Shown here piece after piece: positions 37,270 to 47,389 of a DNA stretch of 62,298 bases (position 1 is the stretch's first letter; every line of letters begins with the position of its first letter). The translations under genes and the position numbers were made by a program. The notes under the pieces were generated by a model. The model searched no databases. It was not told the DNA's origin and saw nothing but the letters and a program-made list of their open reading frames with translations. Where the stretch lies: the NCBI GenBank assembly GCA_030655355.1, contig JAURVS010000314.1, forward strand, positions 1-62,298, in the 5' to 3' direction. Source of the stretch: Sphingopyxis sp. Lineage in GTDB: Bacteria; Pseudomonadota; Alphaproteobacteria; Sphingomonadales; Sphingomonadaceae.

Positions 37270-39480
37270 ATGCTCGGCGACCTCAGCATCGTCGAGATAG
37301 GCGAGGGGATGGCGGTCCAGGTCGCCGGACTGATGCTGTCCGAGCTTGGCGCCGACGTCCTGAAAGTCGAGCGCCCAGGAGGCGATCCTGCGCGCGGCAC
37401 CGCGCCCTTCGCCAACTGGAACCGCGGCAAGCGCAGCCTCGTGCTCGACCTCGACACCGCCGACGGCCGCGCCGCGCTGACTGAGCGTCTCGCTGACGCC
37501 GACGTCATTCTCCATCAGTTCACCCCGAAGCAGGCCCAGGCTTTCGGTCTTGATGACGCCACGCTTGCAAAGGCCTTCCCGCGCCTCGTCACCTGCGGCA
37601 TCACCGGCAGCCCGCACAATCATCCCGACGTCGAACGCGGCGCCGACGACCTGCTCGTCGCGGCGCGTGTCGGCGCGCTTTACGAGAATGACGGCCACCG
37701 TCCAGGCCCGATCGTCTATCGTTACCGCCAGGGGAGCTGGGCCGCCGCGCACCTCGCCGCGTCGGCCATCCTCGCGCGCCTCGTTATGCGGCTTCAATCG
37801 GGGCACGGCGGCGCAGCGCACACCTCGCTGTTCCAGGGTTTCCTTTCGACGCTGCCGCTTGTCTGGGCGCGCAACAGCGAAGGGCCGATGCCCAACCCGC
37901 CGACCTATGCCCCCGACGTTCCTCGCGCGATGGCGCAGCAGCTGTTCCAGTGCCACGGTGGCGACTGGCTACAGATCATGGATCCGACGCGCCAGTTTGA
38001 TTACGCCACCATGCCGACGATGTGGGATGTGATGGCCGAGGCCGATGTCGATCTCGAAACGCCGGAAGGGATCGAGTCCGCCTTCCGCCTGCGCCCGCGC
38101 GACAGCTGGATCGCCGACATGCGGGCTGCCGACATTGCGGTCGAACCCGCCTATCCGATGGGCGAAGTCCTCCGCCATCCGGAGGTTGAGGCGAACAATT
38201 ATGTGATCGACGTCGACGATCCGCACCTCGGGCGGACACGCCAGCCGAACGTCCCGTTTCACACCGACGCCGATCTGCCGCGCGGCCGCCCGGCTCCGCG
38301 CCTCGGCGAAGGTGGCGAGGCGGGTTGGACCGCGCAGCCGCCATCGATCGGCCATAGCACCGCCCCCGACGAAATTCTCGAAGGCGTCCGCGTCCTCGAC
38401 CTCGGCATGTTCCTCGCCGGACCGATGGGGCCGTCGATGATGGGCGACATGGGCGCGAATGTCATCAAGGTCGAGGCGCTGACCGGCGACCGCATCCGCT
38501 TCATGCACCGCTATTATCAGGCGGCGGCGCGATCGAAACGCAGTCTTGCGCTCGACCTCACAAAGCCCGAGGCGCAGCCGATCCTTGAACGACTGATCCA
38601 GTGGGCTGAAGTCGTGCACCACAATATGCGCTTCAAGGGCGCCGCCAAGCTCGGCCTCAGCGAAGAGGGCATCCGCAAATATAACCCCGACGTCGCGTTC
38701 AACTATGTCAGCGCTTATGGGCAGCGCGGCTCGCGCGGCAACTGGCCGGGCTATGACTCGATCTTCAACGCGATCGCCGGGTGGGAGTTTGAGAACGCCG
38801 GCGAGGGCAACAAGCCCGTTTTCAATCGGCCCGGCACGATGGACGTCACGTCGGCGCAAAGCGGCCTCGTCGAGATCATGGCCTCGCTCTATGCCAAGCG
38901 CGCCGGCGGACGCGGGCACACGACGCAAAGCTCGCTGCTCGGCGTCGCGGCCTTCACGCAGGGCGAGCGGTTGATTGGACCCGACGGAAAGCTCACCGAA
39001 ACCTATCACCTGACCAGCGACCAGACGGGCTTTTCGCCCTATCATCGCATCTTCGAATGCGCCGACGGCAAATGGATCGCTGTCGCGGCGCATAAACCCA
39101 CACAGCAGGCCGCGCTGCGCGATATCCTCGGGCCAGACGAGTCCAGCTTTGTGGCGGCGGCGAAGGCGCGCTCCACCGCCGACCTCCTCGCCGCGCTCGA
39201 GGCTGCCGGAGTTCCTTCGGACGCGGTCAATTTCGAGGATGCGATGCACCGATTCTTCGACGATCCGCAAAACCGCGAGCTGAACCTCGTCTCGCTCCTG
39301 CCGCAACCGCTTTACGGCATCGTCGAACAGCCCGGCGCCTTCTGGTATTTCGGCGACGTGCCGGTTGTCTTCAAACGCTGCGCACCCGCCGTTGGCGAGC
39401 ATAGCGACGAAATCCTCGGCGAAATCGGGTTTTCGGGCGAAGAAATCGCCGCTTTCCGCGATGCAGGGATCGTCGGCTGA
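37270..39480 (+). CDS. two-domain family III (CaiB/BaiF) CoA-transferase
   Basis: Two CaiB units: ELGADVLKVE/NRGKRS and DMGANVIKVE/RSKRS/PGYD. 736 aa. Confidence 0.92.
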   Translation: MLGDLSIVEIGEGMAVQVAGLMLSELGADVLKVERPGGDPARGTAPFANWNRGKRSLVLDLDTADGRAALTERLADADVILHQFTPKQAQAFGLDDATLAKAFPRLVTCGITGSPHNHPDVERGADDLLVAARVGALYENDGHRPGPIVYRYRQGSWAAAHLAASAILARLVMRLQSGHGGAAHTSLFQGFLSTLPLVWARNSEGPMPNPPTYAPDVPRAMAQQLFQCHGGDWLQIMDPTRQFDYATMPTMWDVMAEADVDLETPEGIESAFRLRPRDSWIADMRAADIAVEPAYPMGEVLRHPEVEANNYVIDVDDPHLGRTRQPNVPFHTDADLPRGRPAPRLGEGGEAGWTAQPPSIGHSTAPDEILEGVRVLDLGMFLAGPMGPSMMGDMGANVIKVEALTGDRIRFMHRYYQAAARSKRSLALDLTKPEAQPILERLIQWAEVVHHNMRFKGAAKLGLSEEGIRKYNPDVAFNYVSAYGQRGSRGNWPGYDSIFNAIAGWEFENAGEGNKPVFNRPGTMDVTSAQSGLVEIMASLYAKRAGGRGHTTQSSLLGVAAFTQGERLIGPDGKLTETYHLTSDQTGFSPYHRIFECADGKWIAVAAHKPTQQAALRDILGPDESSFVAAAKARSTADLLAALEAAGVPSDAVNFEDAMHRFFDDPQNRELNLVSLLPQPLYGIVEQPGAFWYFGDVPVVFKRCAPAVGEHSDEILGEIGFSGEEIAAFRDAGIVG

Positions 39481-40853
39481 TGTCCGCCGCCGACCTCCTC
39501 CCCGAAGGGCTCGCCGCTGCAGTCGAAGCCGCCAGCGGCGCGCGCGTGACCGCAGTTCGCCCGCGCGGCGGCGGCGGCGCGTCGCGCGATGGCGCCGAGC
39601 TTGATCTCGCTTGGCCCGACGGGCGCACCGCAAGCGCCTATATGAATTACGACGTGCACAAGGCGGGGGCGGGCGATGATGCGGCGTTCCTGCGCGAAGC
39701 CGCGATCCTGCGTGCGCTCTCGGGACCGCTCGCCAGCGCTTCCGTGCGTGTCGCGCCCTATTTCGCTTCGGTCCCCGATCAGCGCGCGCTTGTTTGCGGT
39801 ATGGTATCCGGACAGGATCGTTTCGGCGGCCTCGCCGACGCGGCGCAGCGCTCCGCGCTTGCTCGCGATTTCATGGGCCAGCTCGCGGCGCTCCACCGTA
39901 TCGACGTCGTCGAACAACCGGTCGATGGCATGGGCCCCGTCGAGCCCGCCGAAATCTTTATCCGTCAGCGGATTGCCGCGCTCCGCGTCGGCAACAGCGG
40001 CAAGGCATGGGATCCCCTGATCCATTTGTCGCTGAACTGGCTCGAAGCGAATGTCCCTGCCGACATGCCCGCGCCGGTGATCGTTCATGGCGATGCCGGG
40101 CCGGGCAATTTCCTGTTCGAGGGCGACCGCGTCACTGCGCTGCTCGATTGGGAGCTTGTCCATTATGGCGACCCGATGGCCGACTTGGCGATGCTCTGCC
40201 TGCGCATGCTGTTCCAGGGCTTCGTTCCGCTTCCCGAAGCCTTTGCCGCCTATGAGGCGGCGGGGGGCCACGCGGTCGATCTCGAGCGCGTGCGCTATTG
40301 GCGCCTCCTCTTTCAGACAGGTTTTGCGCGGCGCTCGCGCTATGACGATCCCGACGCGCCGCCGCCGCCCAATCTCGGCATGAACCTCGTCTATTCGACG
40401 ATCCACCGGCGCGTCTTGTCCGAGGCGCTGGCCGAGGCGGCGGGGATCGTGCTGCCGCCGGTTGTTCTTCCCGGCGCACCCGTCGGCGCCCATGACCGCA
40501 GTTTCGCGATCGCGCTCGACGATATTCGCGACAGCATTGTGCCGCGCATCGCCGACCAGCAGGCGGCGGTGAAGGCAAAGGGCATGGCGCGGCTGATCAA
40601 ATGGTGGCGTGCGATCGAACGGTTCGGACCGGGCTTTCACGCGGCCGAAAAGCAGGAAGTCGAAGCTGCACTGGGCCTTCGCTTTGCCGATCATGCCGAG
40701 GCTTGGGCGGCCTTTCGCGACGCGGTTGCCGAGGACCGCATCGCGACCGACGCCGCGATCATCCTCTGTAACGGCCATGAGGCGCGCGAGGCGGCGCTGA
40801 TGGCTGACGCGATGGGCGGGCTTGCCGATACGAAATTCGCCGCGCTCGAATAG
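39480..40853 (+). CDS. APH-family phosphotransferase with C-terminal extension
   Basis: GGASR, REAAIL, VHGDAGPGNFL, LDWELVHYGDPMADL, plus an extra helical C-terminus. Confidence 0.88.
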   Translation: MSAADLLPEGLAAAVEAASGARVTAVRPRGGGGASRDGAELDLAWPDGRTASAYMNYDVHKAGAGDDAAFLREAAILRALSGPLASASVRVAPYFASVPDQRALVCGMVSGQDRFGGLADAAQRSALARDFMGQLAALHRIDVVEQPVDGMGPVEPAEIFIRQRIAALRVGNSGKAWDPLIHLSLNWLEANVPADMPAPVIVHGDAGPGNFLFEGDRVTALLDWELVHYGDPMADLAMLCLRMLFQGFVPLPEAFAAYEAAGGHAVDLERVRYWRLLFQTGFARRSRYDDPDAPPPPNLGMNLVYSTIHRRVLSEALAEAAGIVLPPVVLPGAPVGAHDRSFAIALDDIRDSIVPRIADQQAAVKAKGMARLIKWWRAIERFGPGFHAAEKQEVEAALGLRFADHAEAWAAFRDAVAEDRIATDAAIILCNGHEAREAALMADAMGGLADTKFAALE

Positions 40854-40886
40854 CGGCGACGGACAATATTCAGGAAGGGTGAGATT

Positions 40887-41714
40887 ATGACTACCGATAT
40901 TCTGGGCTACAAAGGCAAACGCGTCGTCGTCATGGGCTGTTTTTCGGGGACCGGCGAAGCCGCTGCCCGCGCGCTGGTCGATCTGGGCGCCGAGGTCCAT
41001 GGCGCGGACATCAAGCCGACGCCGGTCAATCTCGCGAGCTTTACCGAAGTCGATCTCAAAAGCCCCGACTCGATCGCCAACGGCATCGCCAGCATCGGAG
41101 GCAAGGTCGACGCCTTGTTCAACGTCTCGGGTCTTCCGCAAACCTTTCCGGGCGAGGATGTCGTGACGGTCAATTTCCTCGGTATCCGCGCCTGGACCGA
41201 AGGCTGGCTGCCGCATCTCAATCCGGGCGCGGCGATCGTCAGCGTGTCGTCGCTGGCGGGCATGGGCTATCTCGCGCGGCAGCCCCTGCTGCGCGAAATC
41301 ATGACCATCTCCGATTTCGGCGAAGCGCGGAAATATTATCTCGACCACGCTTCGGAGCTTGGCGATCCGTACACTTTGTCAAAAGAGCTCATCAACACCT
41401 GGACGCAGATCAGCGCCCCCGACCTCATCGGCCGCGACATCCGGATCAACTGCACGATGCCAAGCCCGATCGACACCCCGATGCTCGGCGAATTCCGCAA
41501 GATAGCGGGCGACGCCGTGCTCGGCGCCTTCGCCAAGGCCAAGGGCCGCTATTCGACGCCCGAGGAACAGGCGCTGCCCCTGATCCTGCTCAACAGCGAC
41601 GCCGCGCGCTTCATCAGCGGCGTGTGCCTTCCCGTCGACGCAGGGCTCGCGGGCGGTCTCGCGACCGGGGTGCTCAACATCCAGCAGATGATTGCCGAAG
41701 CGAGCGCCGCCTGA
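40887..41714 (+). CDS. SDR, 3alpha-HSD / coniferyl-alcohol dehydrogenase-like
   Basis: MGCFSGTG, VNFLG, SSLAG, YTLSKE, PSPIDTPML. Confidence 0.88.
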   Translation: MTTDILGYKGKRVVVMGCFSGTGEAAARALVDLGAEVHGADIKPTPVNLASFTEVDLKSPDSIANGIASIGGKVDALFNVSGLPQTFPGEDVVTVNFLGIRAWTEGWLPHLNPGAAIVSVSSLAGMGYLARQPLLREIMTISDFGEARKYYLDHASELGDPYTLSKELINTWTQISAPDLIGRDIRINCTMPSPIDTPMLGEFRKIAGDAVLGAFAKAKGRYSTPEEQALPLILLNSDAARFISGVCLPVDAGLAGGLATGVLNIQQMIAEASAA

Positions 41715-41737
41715 TCGCCCGTCCGGCTTCCGGTGTA

Positions 41738-42415
41738 TTAGCCGCGCGCGCCCAGCATCATCGCGATGCTGTACGCCGCCGCGGCCTTCAGCTCGGCATA
41801 GCCGACCCCGTCGTCGTCGCGGCTCATCGGCCCGATCGCCGAGAGACGTTCGAGCATCATCAGCATCGTGCCGGCGCACGACCGCGGCGACAGGTCGGGG
41901 GGGATGCGGCCTGCGTCCTGCGCACGCACAACCTGTTCGCTGATCGAGCCCATGATCGGGCGTGCGAGGTTCATCCGCGCCTCATAGAAACGCGCGTCGC
42001 CCTCTTCGGCGGCGAGATTACGCACGACGAAGATCGTGCGGTTGCGGTTCCAGATATCGGTGTAGCATTCGACGAACGCCCGCGCGTTCGCACCGGCACC
42101 CGGCGCGAGCCAATCCTGCGCGACGATCGCCTCCAGCTCGGGCGACGTCTGCGTCGCGCCTTCCAGCGCTGCCAGCACAACCTCGGGTACGCCCTTGAAA
42201 TAGACGTAGAAAGTCGCCGGCGAGGTATTCGCCGCGCGCGCCACATCGACCACCGACACGTCGCGCAGGCCATGCGTCTCCAGCAGCGCAACAGTGGCTT
42301 CGATCAGTTGCTGACGCGTGCGCTGCCCTTTGGCGCCAAGCTTGCGCCCCGCGCTCGCGGACGCATTATCGGCGGCCACCCGCTCGCCCATCACGGCCTG
42401 TTGCTGCGTCGTCAA
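41738..42415 (-). CDS. TetR-family transcriptional regulator
   Basis: KGQRTRQQLIEATVALL...VVDVARAANTSPATFYVYF. Start uncertain (TTG 42415, ATG 42391 or 42439). Confidence 0.9.
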   Translation of the reverse strand: MTTQQQAVMGERVAADNASASAGRKLGAKGQRTRQQLIEATVALLETHGLRDVSVVDVARAANTSPATFYVYFKGVPEVVLAALEGATQTSPELEAIVAQDWLAPGAGANARAFVECYTDIWNRNRTIFVVRNLAAEEGDARFYEARMNLARPIMGSISEQVVRAQDAGRIPPDLSPRSCAGTMLMMLERLSAIGPMSRDDDGVGYAELKAAAAYSIAMMLGARG

Positions 42416-42476
42416 ATAGCTGCCCCGATCAAATTTCATCCGCATTCTAACAGCGGGCTTGCGATATGGCAAAAAA

Positions 42477-42491
42477 TTGACGTATCGTCAA
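42477..42491. promoter_or_regulatory. palindrome TTGACG-TAT-CGTCAA, probable TetR operator
   Basis: Perfect 6-3-6 palindrome between the divergent TetR and SDR genes; recurs at 52776. Confidence 0.7.
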
Positions 42492-42528
42492 AAATGAAAA
42501 AAAGACCATGACAATTGGGGGATTCGGG

Positions 42529-43308
42529 ATGGAAAGGCTTGCCGGCAAAGTCGCCGTCGTAACGGGCGCGTCAAAGGGGATGGGCCGCCATTTCGTTGCG
42601 GCCCTCGTCGGCGCCGGCATGCGTGTCGCCTGTCTCGCGCGGCCGTCGGATGAACTCGACAGCTTGGCCGGAGAATTCGGCGACGCTGTGCTGCCGCTTC
42701 CTTGCGACGTCACGTCTTCTCAAGCCGTCGATGCCGCAATCGCAGCCACCATCAAAGCCTTTGGCCGCATCGACGTGGTCATCGCAAACGCTGCGGTATT
42801 TCACCCTTTTGCGTTCGAGCAGGGCAGTGACGACATCATTCGCGATCATGTCGATATCAATATTCTCGGCGTCGCGTGGCTGATCCGCGCCGCCATCCCG
42901 CATCTGCGCGAAACCAAAGGCCAGATCGTTGCGATCAGCAGTGAATCGGTGCGGATGCCGTACCCGATGCTCGCTCTTTACGCGGCGACCAAAGCGGCGA
43001 TCGAAACATTGTTGGCCGGCCTGCGCGACGAACTGCGGTCCGAGGATATTCGCGTCACTGTGCTGCGTTCGGGGTCGGTCAAGGGCGGCTCGGGCGGCAA
43101 GGCCTGGTCGCAGGAAACTGTCGCGGCTTTCTACAAGAAGATTGTTGAAACCGGACATGCGGCAATGTCGGGCGAATCGGCGACGCCCGAATCGATGGCG
43201 GCGTCCCTTCTCGCGGTCATCGCTCTTCCCGCCGATATCGGCGTTGACCTGATCGAAGTGCGCGCCGCGCAGGTCGGCGTCCCCGACGGCGCCAAGACCG
43301 TCGCGTGA
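42529..43308 (+). CDS. SDR oxidoreductase
   Basis: TGASKGMG, ANAA, YAATK. Confidence 0.92.
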   Translation: MERLAGKVAVVTGASKGMGRHFVAALVGAGMRVACLARPSDELDSLAGEFGDAVLPLPCDVTSSQAVDAAIAATIKAFGRIDVVIANAAVFHPFAFEQGSDDIIRDHVDINILGVAWLIRAAIPHLRETKGQIVAISSESVRMPYPMLALYAATKAAIETLLAGLRDELRSEDIRVTVLRSGSVKGGSGGKAWSQETVAAFYKKIVETGHAAMSGESATPESMAASLLAVIALPADIGVDLIEVRAAQVGVPDGAKTVA

Positions 43309-44705
43309 CGACCCGGCGGAATATGCCGCTGTTGATCGGCGCGCTCTGGATCGCCGAAGTCACCGGATCGTTCGAAACCGCCATGATCCTCGCAGCGCTC
43401 AAGCGGCTGATCCAGGATTTCGGCGATCCCGCAATGGTCGGCTGGCTGATCACGGGTTATCTCATCGTCGGCGCTGCTATCGCTGCGGTCGTCGGACGCC
43501 TTGGCGACCTGTTCGGGCGGCGGCGGACGTTGATCGCGGTCCTCGCGGTAGGGGCGATCGGCTCTCTCATCAGCGCACTCTCGACCAATTTCCCGGTCTT
43601 GCTTGCGGGCCGGCTGATGCAGGGCGTTACCGGCGCGATCCTGCCGCTATGTATCGGGCTTGTGCACGAAAATATGGCGAAGGATCGCGCGCCGATGGCG
43701 ATCGGCCTGATGATCTCGGGCGCTTCGATCGGCACCGCGGCCGGGCTGGTCGTCGGCGGCATGATCGTGGACCAGTTCAGTTGGCACGGCATCTTCTTTA
43801 CCAGCGCGGGGCTTTGCATCGCCGCGGCGCTCGCAATGCTCGCTTTCGTGCCCGTTTCGCCGCGCCGCCTCGCGGGGCCGCCCGTCGACTGGTTCTCGGG
43901 GCTGGCGTTCGCGCCAGGAGTCGCGCTCATTCTTGTCTATTTCAGCACCGGAAAGGATTGGGGCTGGGCGAGCCCATGGTCGCTCGGCGCTCTCGTCACC
44001 GGCATTGCGCTCGTCGCATGGTGGATTCAGCGCAGCCTCGCCAGCCCGAATCCCCTGATCGCGATCCGCAGTTTCGGCGATCGAACGATCGCGGTTGGCG
44101 GGGCAGTCACTGCGCTCGTGTCGATGAGCACGCTCCAGATCGCCGTCTTTTTCTCGCTATTGCTTCAAGCTCCGGTATGGACGGTCGCCGGGCTCGGCCT
44201 TTCGGCGACGGTCGCGGGGCTTGCCAAATTGCCCTCGAACCTCAGTTCGGCCTTTGCGGGGCCGCTTGGCGGCTGGCTCGCGGGACGCGGTGGTGGGCGT
44301 TTCGCGATCGTCGTGGGCGGACTCGTCACGACCGTCGGATGGCTGCTCTATTTCCTCCTCGACGTGAACAGCTTTGCGGTTGTTGTTGCCCAGCTCATCG
44401 TCATCAGCTTCGGCGCGACGATGCTTTTCTCTGTAGCCCCAACGATCATCGCGCAAGCCTCGCCGCCCGAACGGATCAGCGAGATTTCGGGGATGCTCAC
44501 GGTCATCCGCCAGCTCTTTCTCGGCATCGGGGCGCAGATGGTGGCGACCTTACTCGCGGTCGATGTTGTCCGCCGCGGCGACGAAATCTATCCGTCGCCC
44601 TTCGCCTACGACCTGACCGTCGTCGTTATCGTCGCGCTGTGCATTGCAGCGATCCTCGTCGCCTTAGCGCTTCCACGCCAACTTCCGCAGCAGGAAACCC
44701 CATGA
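43305..44705 (+). CDS. MFS transporter (14-TMS type)
   Basis: GRLGDLFGRRR motif A, GRLMQG, long hydrophobic profile. Confidence 0.92.
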   Translation: MTTRRNMPLLIGALWIAEVTGSFETAMILAALKRLIQDFGDPAMVGWLITGYLIVGAAIAAVVGRLGDLFGRRRTLIAVLAVGAIGSLISALSTNFPVLLAGRLMQGVTGAILPLCIGLVHENMAKDRAPMAIGLMISGASIGTAAGLVVGGMIVDQFSWHGIFFTSAGLCIAAALAMLAFVPVSPRRLAGPPVDWFSGLAFAPGVALILVYFSTGKDWGWASPWSLGALVTGIALVAWWIQRSLASPNPLIAIRSFGDRTIAVGGAVTALVSMSTLQIAVFFSLLLQAPVWTVAGLGLSATVAGLAKLPSNLSSAFAGPLGGWLAGRGGGRFAIVVGGLVTTVGWLLYFLLDVNSFAVVVAQLIVISFGATMLFSVAPTIIAQASPPERISEISGMLTVIRQLFLGIGAQMVATLLAVDVVRRGDEIYPSPFAYDLTVVVIVALCIAAILVALALPRQLPQQETP

Positions 44706-45097
44706 GACCGCTTCCCGAACTCACCCCCGAAAATACCGCATTCTGGACCGGCGGCGCACAGGGCAAACTGATGATCGCCTTCTGCGCCAATTGCAGCGAC
44801 GCGATCCACCCGCCGCAGCTGATCTGCCCAAACTGCTGGAGCGAAGCCGTTGAGAGTAGGGCTGTTTCCGGAACTGGCACCGTCTACACCTACACCGTCA
44901 ACCACCAGCCCTGGGCCCCTGGCATGCAGGTCCCCTTCGCGCTCGCGGTGGTCGATCTCGACGGCGCCCCCGGCGTCCGCGTGACCGCTGAAGTCGTCGG
45001 AGCGGACCCCGAACATGTCGCCATCGGCCAAACGATGCGCGTAACCTTCGCCAACATCGATGACATCTGGTTCCCACAGTGGGAGTTGGCGGAATGA
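44702..45097 (+). CDS. DUF35 Zn-ribbon/OB-fold protein
   Basis: MRPLP, AFW, CANC...CPNC, GTVYTYTVN. ATG 44702 (ATGA overlap). Confidence 0.9.
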   Translation: MRPLPELTPENTAFWTGGAQGKLMIAFCANCSDAIHPPQLICPNCWSEAVESRAVSGTGTVYTYTVNHQPWAPGMQVPFALAVVDLDGAPGVRVTAEVVGADPEHVAIGQTMRVTFANIDDIWFPQWELAE

Positions 45098-46263
45098 CCT
45101 TGAACGCTGCGATCACAGGCGTCGGCATGTCCAATATCGGTCGCAAGACCGGACGACCCGCAATGGCGCATCTCGCCGAAGCGGCGAAGCGCGCGCTCGA
45201 AAGCGCTGGGCTTACCAAGGATGACATCGACGGCATCTCGACTTATCCGGGCAAGGCGGACAACTCGCCCGGCATGTCGCCGCTCGGCACCGGCGAGGTG
45301 CGCAATGCGCTCGGGTTGAAAACGCGCTGGCACAGCGCCGTGCCTGATGGGCCGTCGCAGATGGCGCCGCTGATGGTCGCGGCCATGGCGGTCGCGACGG
45401 GGCAGGCCCGGCACGTCCTCTGCTTCCGCGCACTCACCGAAAGCAGCTCGCAGACGGCCGGGCAACGCGCCAGCATTCCGGGCGCGGGGCGTGCGCGGCT
45501 CGGCGGCTGGTATTCCTATCTCGTCCCGGCGAACGCGATGTCGGCATCGAATTGGGCCGGGTGGATGGCAACCCGCTATTTCCACGAGTTTGGAATGACG
45601 CGCGAACATCTCGGTATGGTCGCGACCGGTCAGCGCGCTTTTGCACAACATAATCCGTCGGCGGTGATGCAGTCGCCTTTGTCGATGGACGATTATCTGG
45701 GCGCGCGAATGATCTCGTCGCCGCTTGGCCTGTTCGATTGCGATGTGCCGATCGACGGGGCGTGTGTGATCATCGTCTCCGCCGCCAATGCGGCGAAGGA
45801 TTGCGCGCGCGCGCCGCTGACGATCGAGGCCATGGGGGCGGCGCTCGGTTCGCAGGAGACTTGGGATCAGCGCGCCGACCTCACGACAATGGGCGCGCAT
45901 GATTCGGCGGCCGACATGTGGAAGCGGACGGACATGAAGCCCGCCGATGTCGACATGCTCGCGCTCTATGACGGATTCAGCATCTTCGTGCCCTATTGGC
46001 TCGAAGCCTTTGGGTTCTGCGGTCATGGCGAGGCGAAGGATTTTATCGCCGAGGGCAATATCGGCCCGGGTGGACGTTTTCCGGTGAACACCGGCGGCGG
46101 CCAGTTGTCGGGGGGGCGCCTCCACGGCTTCGGTTTGTTGCACGAGGCTTGTACCCAATTGTGGGGGCAGGGCGGCGGACGCCAGATCAAGGACGCGAAG
46201 ACTGCCGTGTGCGGCATGGGCGGCGGGTTTATTGCGGGGTCGATGCTGATCCGCCGGGATTAG
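45094..46263 (+). CDS. thiolase-fold (SCP-x/Ltp-like) protein
   Basis: AAITGVGMS, DCDVPIDG, LYDGFS, NTGGGQLSGGRLHG. Confidence 0.9.
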   Translation: MTLNAAITGVGMSNIGRKTGRPAMAHLAEAAKRALESAGLTKDDIDGISTYPGKADNSPGMSPLGTGEVRNALGLKTRWHSAVPDGPSQMAPLMVAAMAVATGQARHVLCFRALTESSSQTAGQRASIPGAGRARLGGWYSYLVPANAMSASNWAGWMATRYFHEFGMTREHLGMVATGQRAFAQHNPSAVMQSPLSMDDYLGARMISSPLGLFDCDVPIDGACVIIVSAANAAKDCARAPLTIEAMGAALGSQETWDQRADLTTMGAHDSAADMWKRTDMKPADVDMLALYDGFSIFVPYWLEAFGFCGHGEAKDFIAEGNIGPGGRFPVNTGGGQLSGGRLHGFGLLHEACTQLWGQGGGRQIKDAKTAVCGMGGGFIAGSMLIRRD

Positions 46264-47375
46264 GCGGAAAGGTCGATCCAGCGCCGTTCGGCGGCCGCTT
46301 GTACCGAAGCCTCCACCACATGATGGACATGCAGCGCCTGTGCGAAATCAGGCGCTGCCGTGCCTTCGCCGCCGATCGCGTCGCGCATTGCGGCGAAGAT
46401 CGAAGCGAGCGCTAGCAGGCCGGTCTCGGGGCGGTCGGCGACCGCGCGGCAGCGTGGAACCTCCAGATATTCAGCCCGTAGCGCGATCTCGTCCATCCGC
46501 GACGGGCCCAGCGCTGGATTGTTGGTTCCGAACAGCCTTGTATCATGCGCCATAGGAAAAACCGGCGCGCGCGCTTCGAGACGCCCCTTCGATCCCCAGA
46601 CGGAAAAGCGGAAACCCTCGCCGCCGATCTTGGCCCAATTGGCTTCCATCCGCGTCGGCAGCCCCGACGCGTGACGCAGCAGAGTCGACGCGCGGTCAGG
46701 AACTTCGGGATGGATGACGACGCCGTCGACGGGCCATTCTGTCAGCGCGAGCGACTGATCCGACGCAACCGACGTCACCGGGCCGAAAAAATGCACCAGC
46801 AAGTGCAGCATATGACTGCCCAGATTGCGGCCCGCGCTGGCGCCATTGGCCGGATCGGCGAACCACGCATAGCTTGGTACATTGGTCTGCGCGGCGCTGA
46901 ACAAGGGCGCTTCGAACGCAATATCGGCGCCGAAGATCTCGCCGATCCATCCCTCGTCGATCATCCGCTTCATCTGAACGATCGCGGGCACCGCCTGCAT
47001 GAACGCATCGACGACCGCGACGGTCCCCGCCTTCCGCCACGCGGCGGCCATTGCCCGCGCATCTGCCAGATCCTTGGCAAAGGGAATGCCATTATAGACA
47101 TGTTTGCCCGCACCGAGCGCCGCCATCACCATCGCATGACGCAGCGGCGGGCGCGTGCCGCAATCGACGATGTCGATATCGGGGTCGGCCGCCATTTCGC
47201 GAAAATCATGGAAAGCCCGCGCGACGCCAAACTCGTCTGCCGCTTTCGCCGCGGTCTCGGGCCGCGAGGTGCAGATCGCCGTCACTTCGATCCCGTCGAG
47301 GCTCCGCCATGCCGGAAGATGCGCTCTGGCGCCCCATGCCGCGCTGATGATCCCGACGCGAAGCGGAGCGGACAT
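46260..47375 (-). CDS. Gfo/Idh/MocA-family oxidoreductase
   Basis: LRVGIISAAWG, DPDIDIV, AGKHV, GSHMLH, GSKG. The usual EKP is replaced by GIP. Confidence 0.88.
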   Translation of the reverse strand: MSAPLRVGIISAAWGARAHLPAWRSLDGIEVTAICTSRPETAAKAADEFGVARAFHDFREMAADPDIDIVDCGTRPPLRHAMVMAALGAGKHVYNGIPFAKDLADARAMAAAWRKAGTVAVVDAFMQAVPAIVQMKRMIDEGWIGEIFGADIAFEAPLFSAAQTNVPSYAWFADPANGASAGRNLGSHMLHLLVHFFGPVTSVASDQSLALTEWPVDGVVIHPEVPDRASTLLRHASGLPTRMEANWAKIGGEGFRFSVWGSKGRLEARAPVFPMAHDTRLFGTNNPALGPSRMDEIALRAEYLEVPRCRAVADRPETGLLALASIFAAMRDAIGGEGTAAPDFAQALHVHHVVEASVQAAAERRWIDLSA

Positions 47376-47389
47376 ACCGCGAGGCCTCC

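Noticed and set aside
37969-41348. Long minus-strand ORFs (554 aa, 678 aa), and similarly 20841-22649, 51216-52817, 57716-59350 and 18908-20257 on the plus strand
   Set aside because: Antisense shadows of well-supported genes, expected in high-GC DNA; no recognisable motifs.
43649-44701. N-terminal 350 aa of the 482-aa ORF ending at 45097
   Set aside because: Arg-rich off-frame read of the MFS gene; only the DUF35 part from ATG 44702 is credible.
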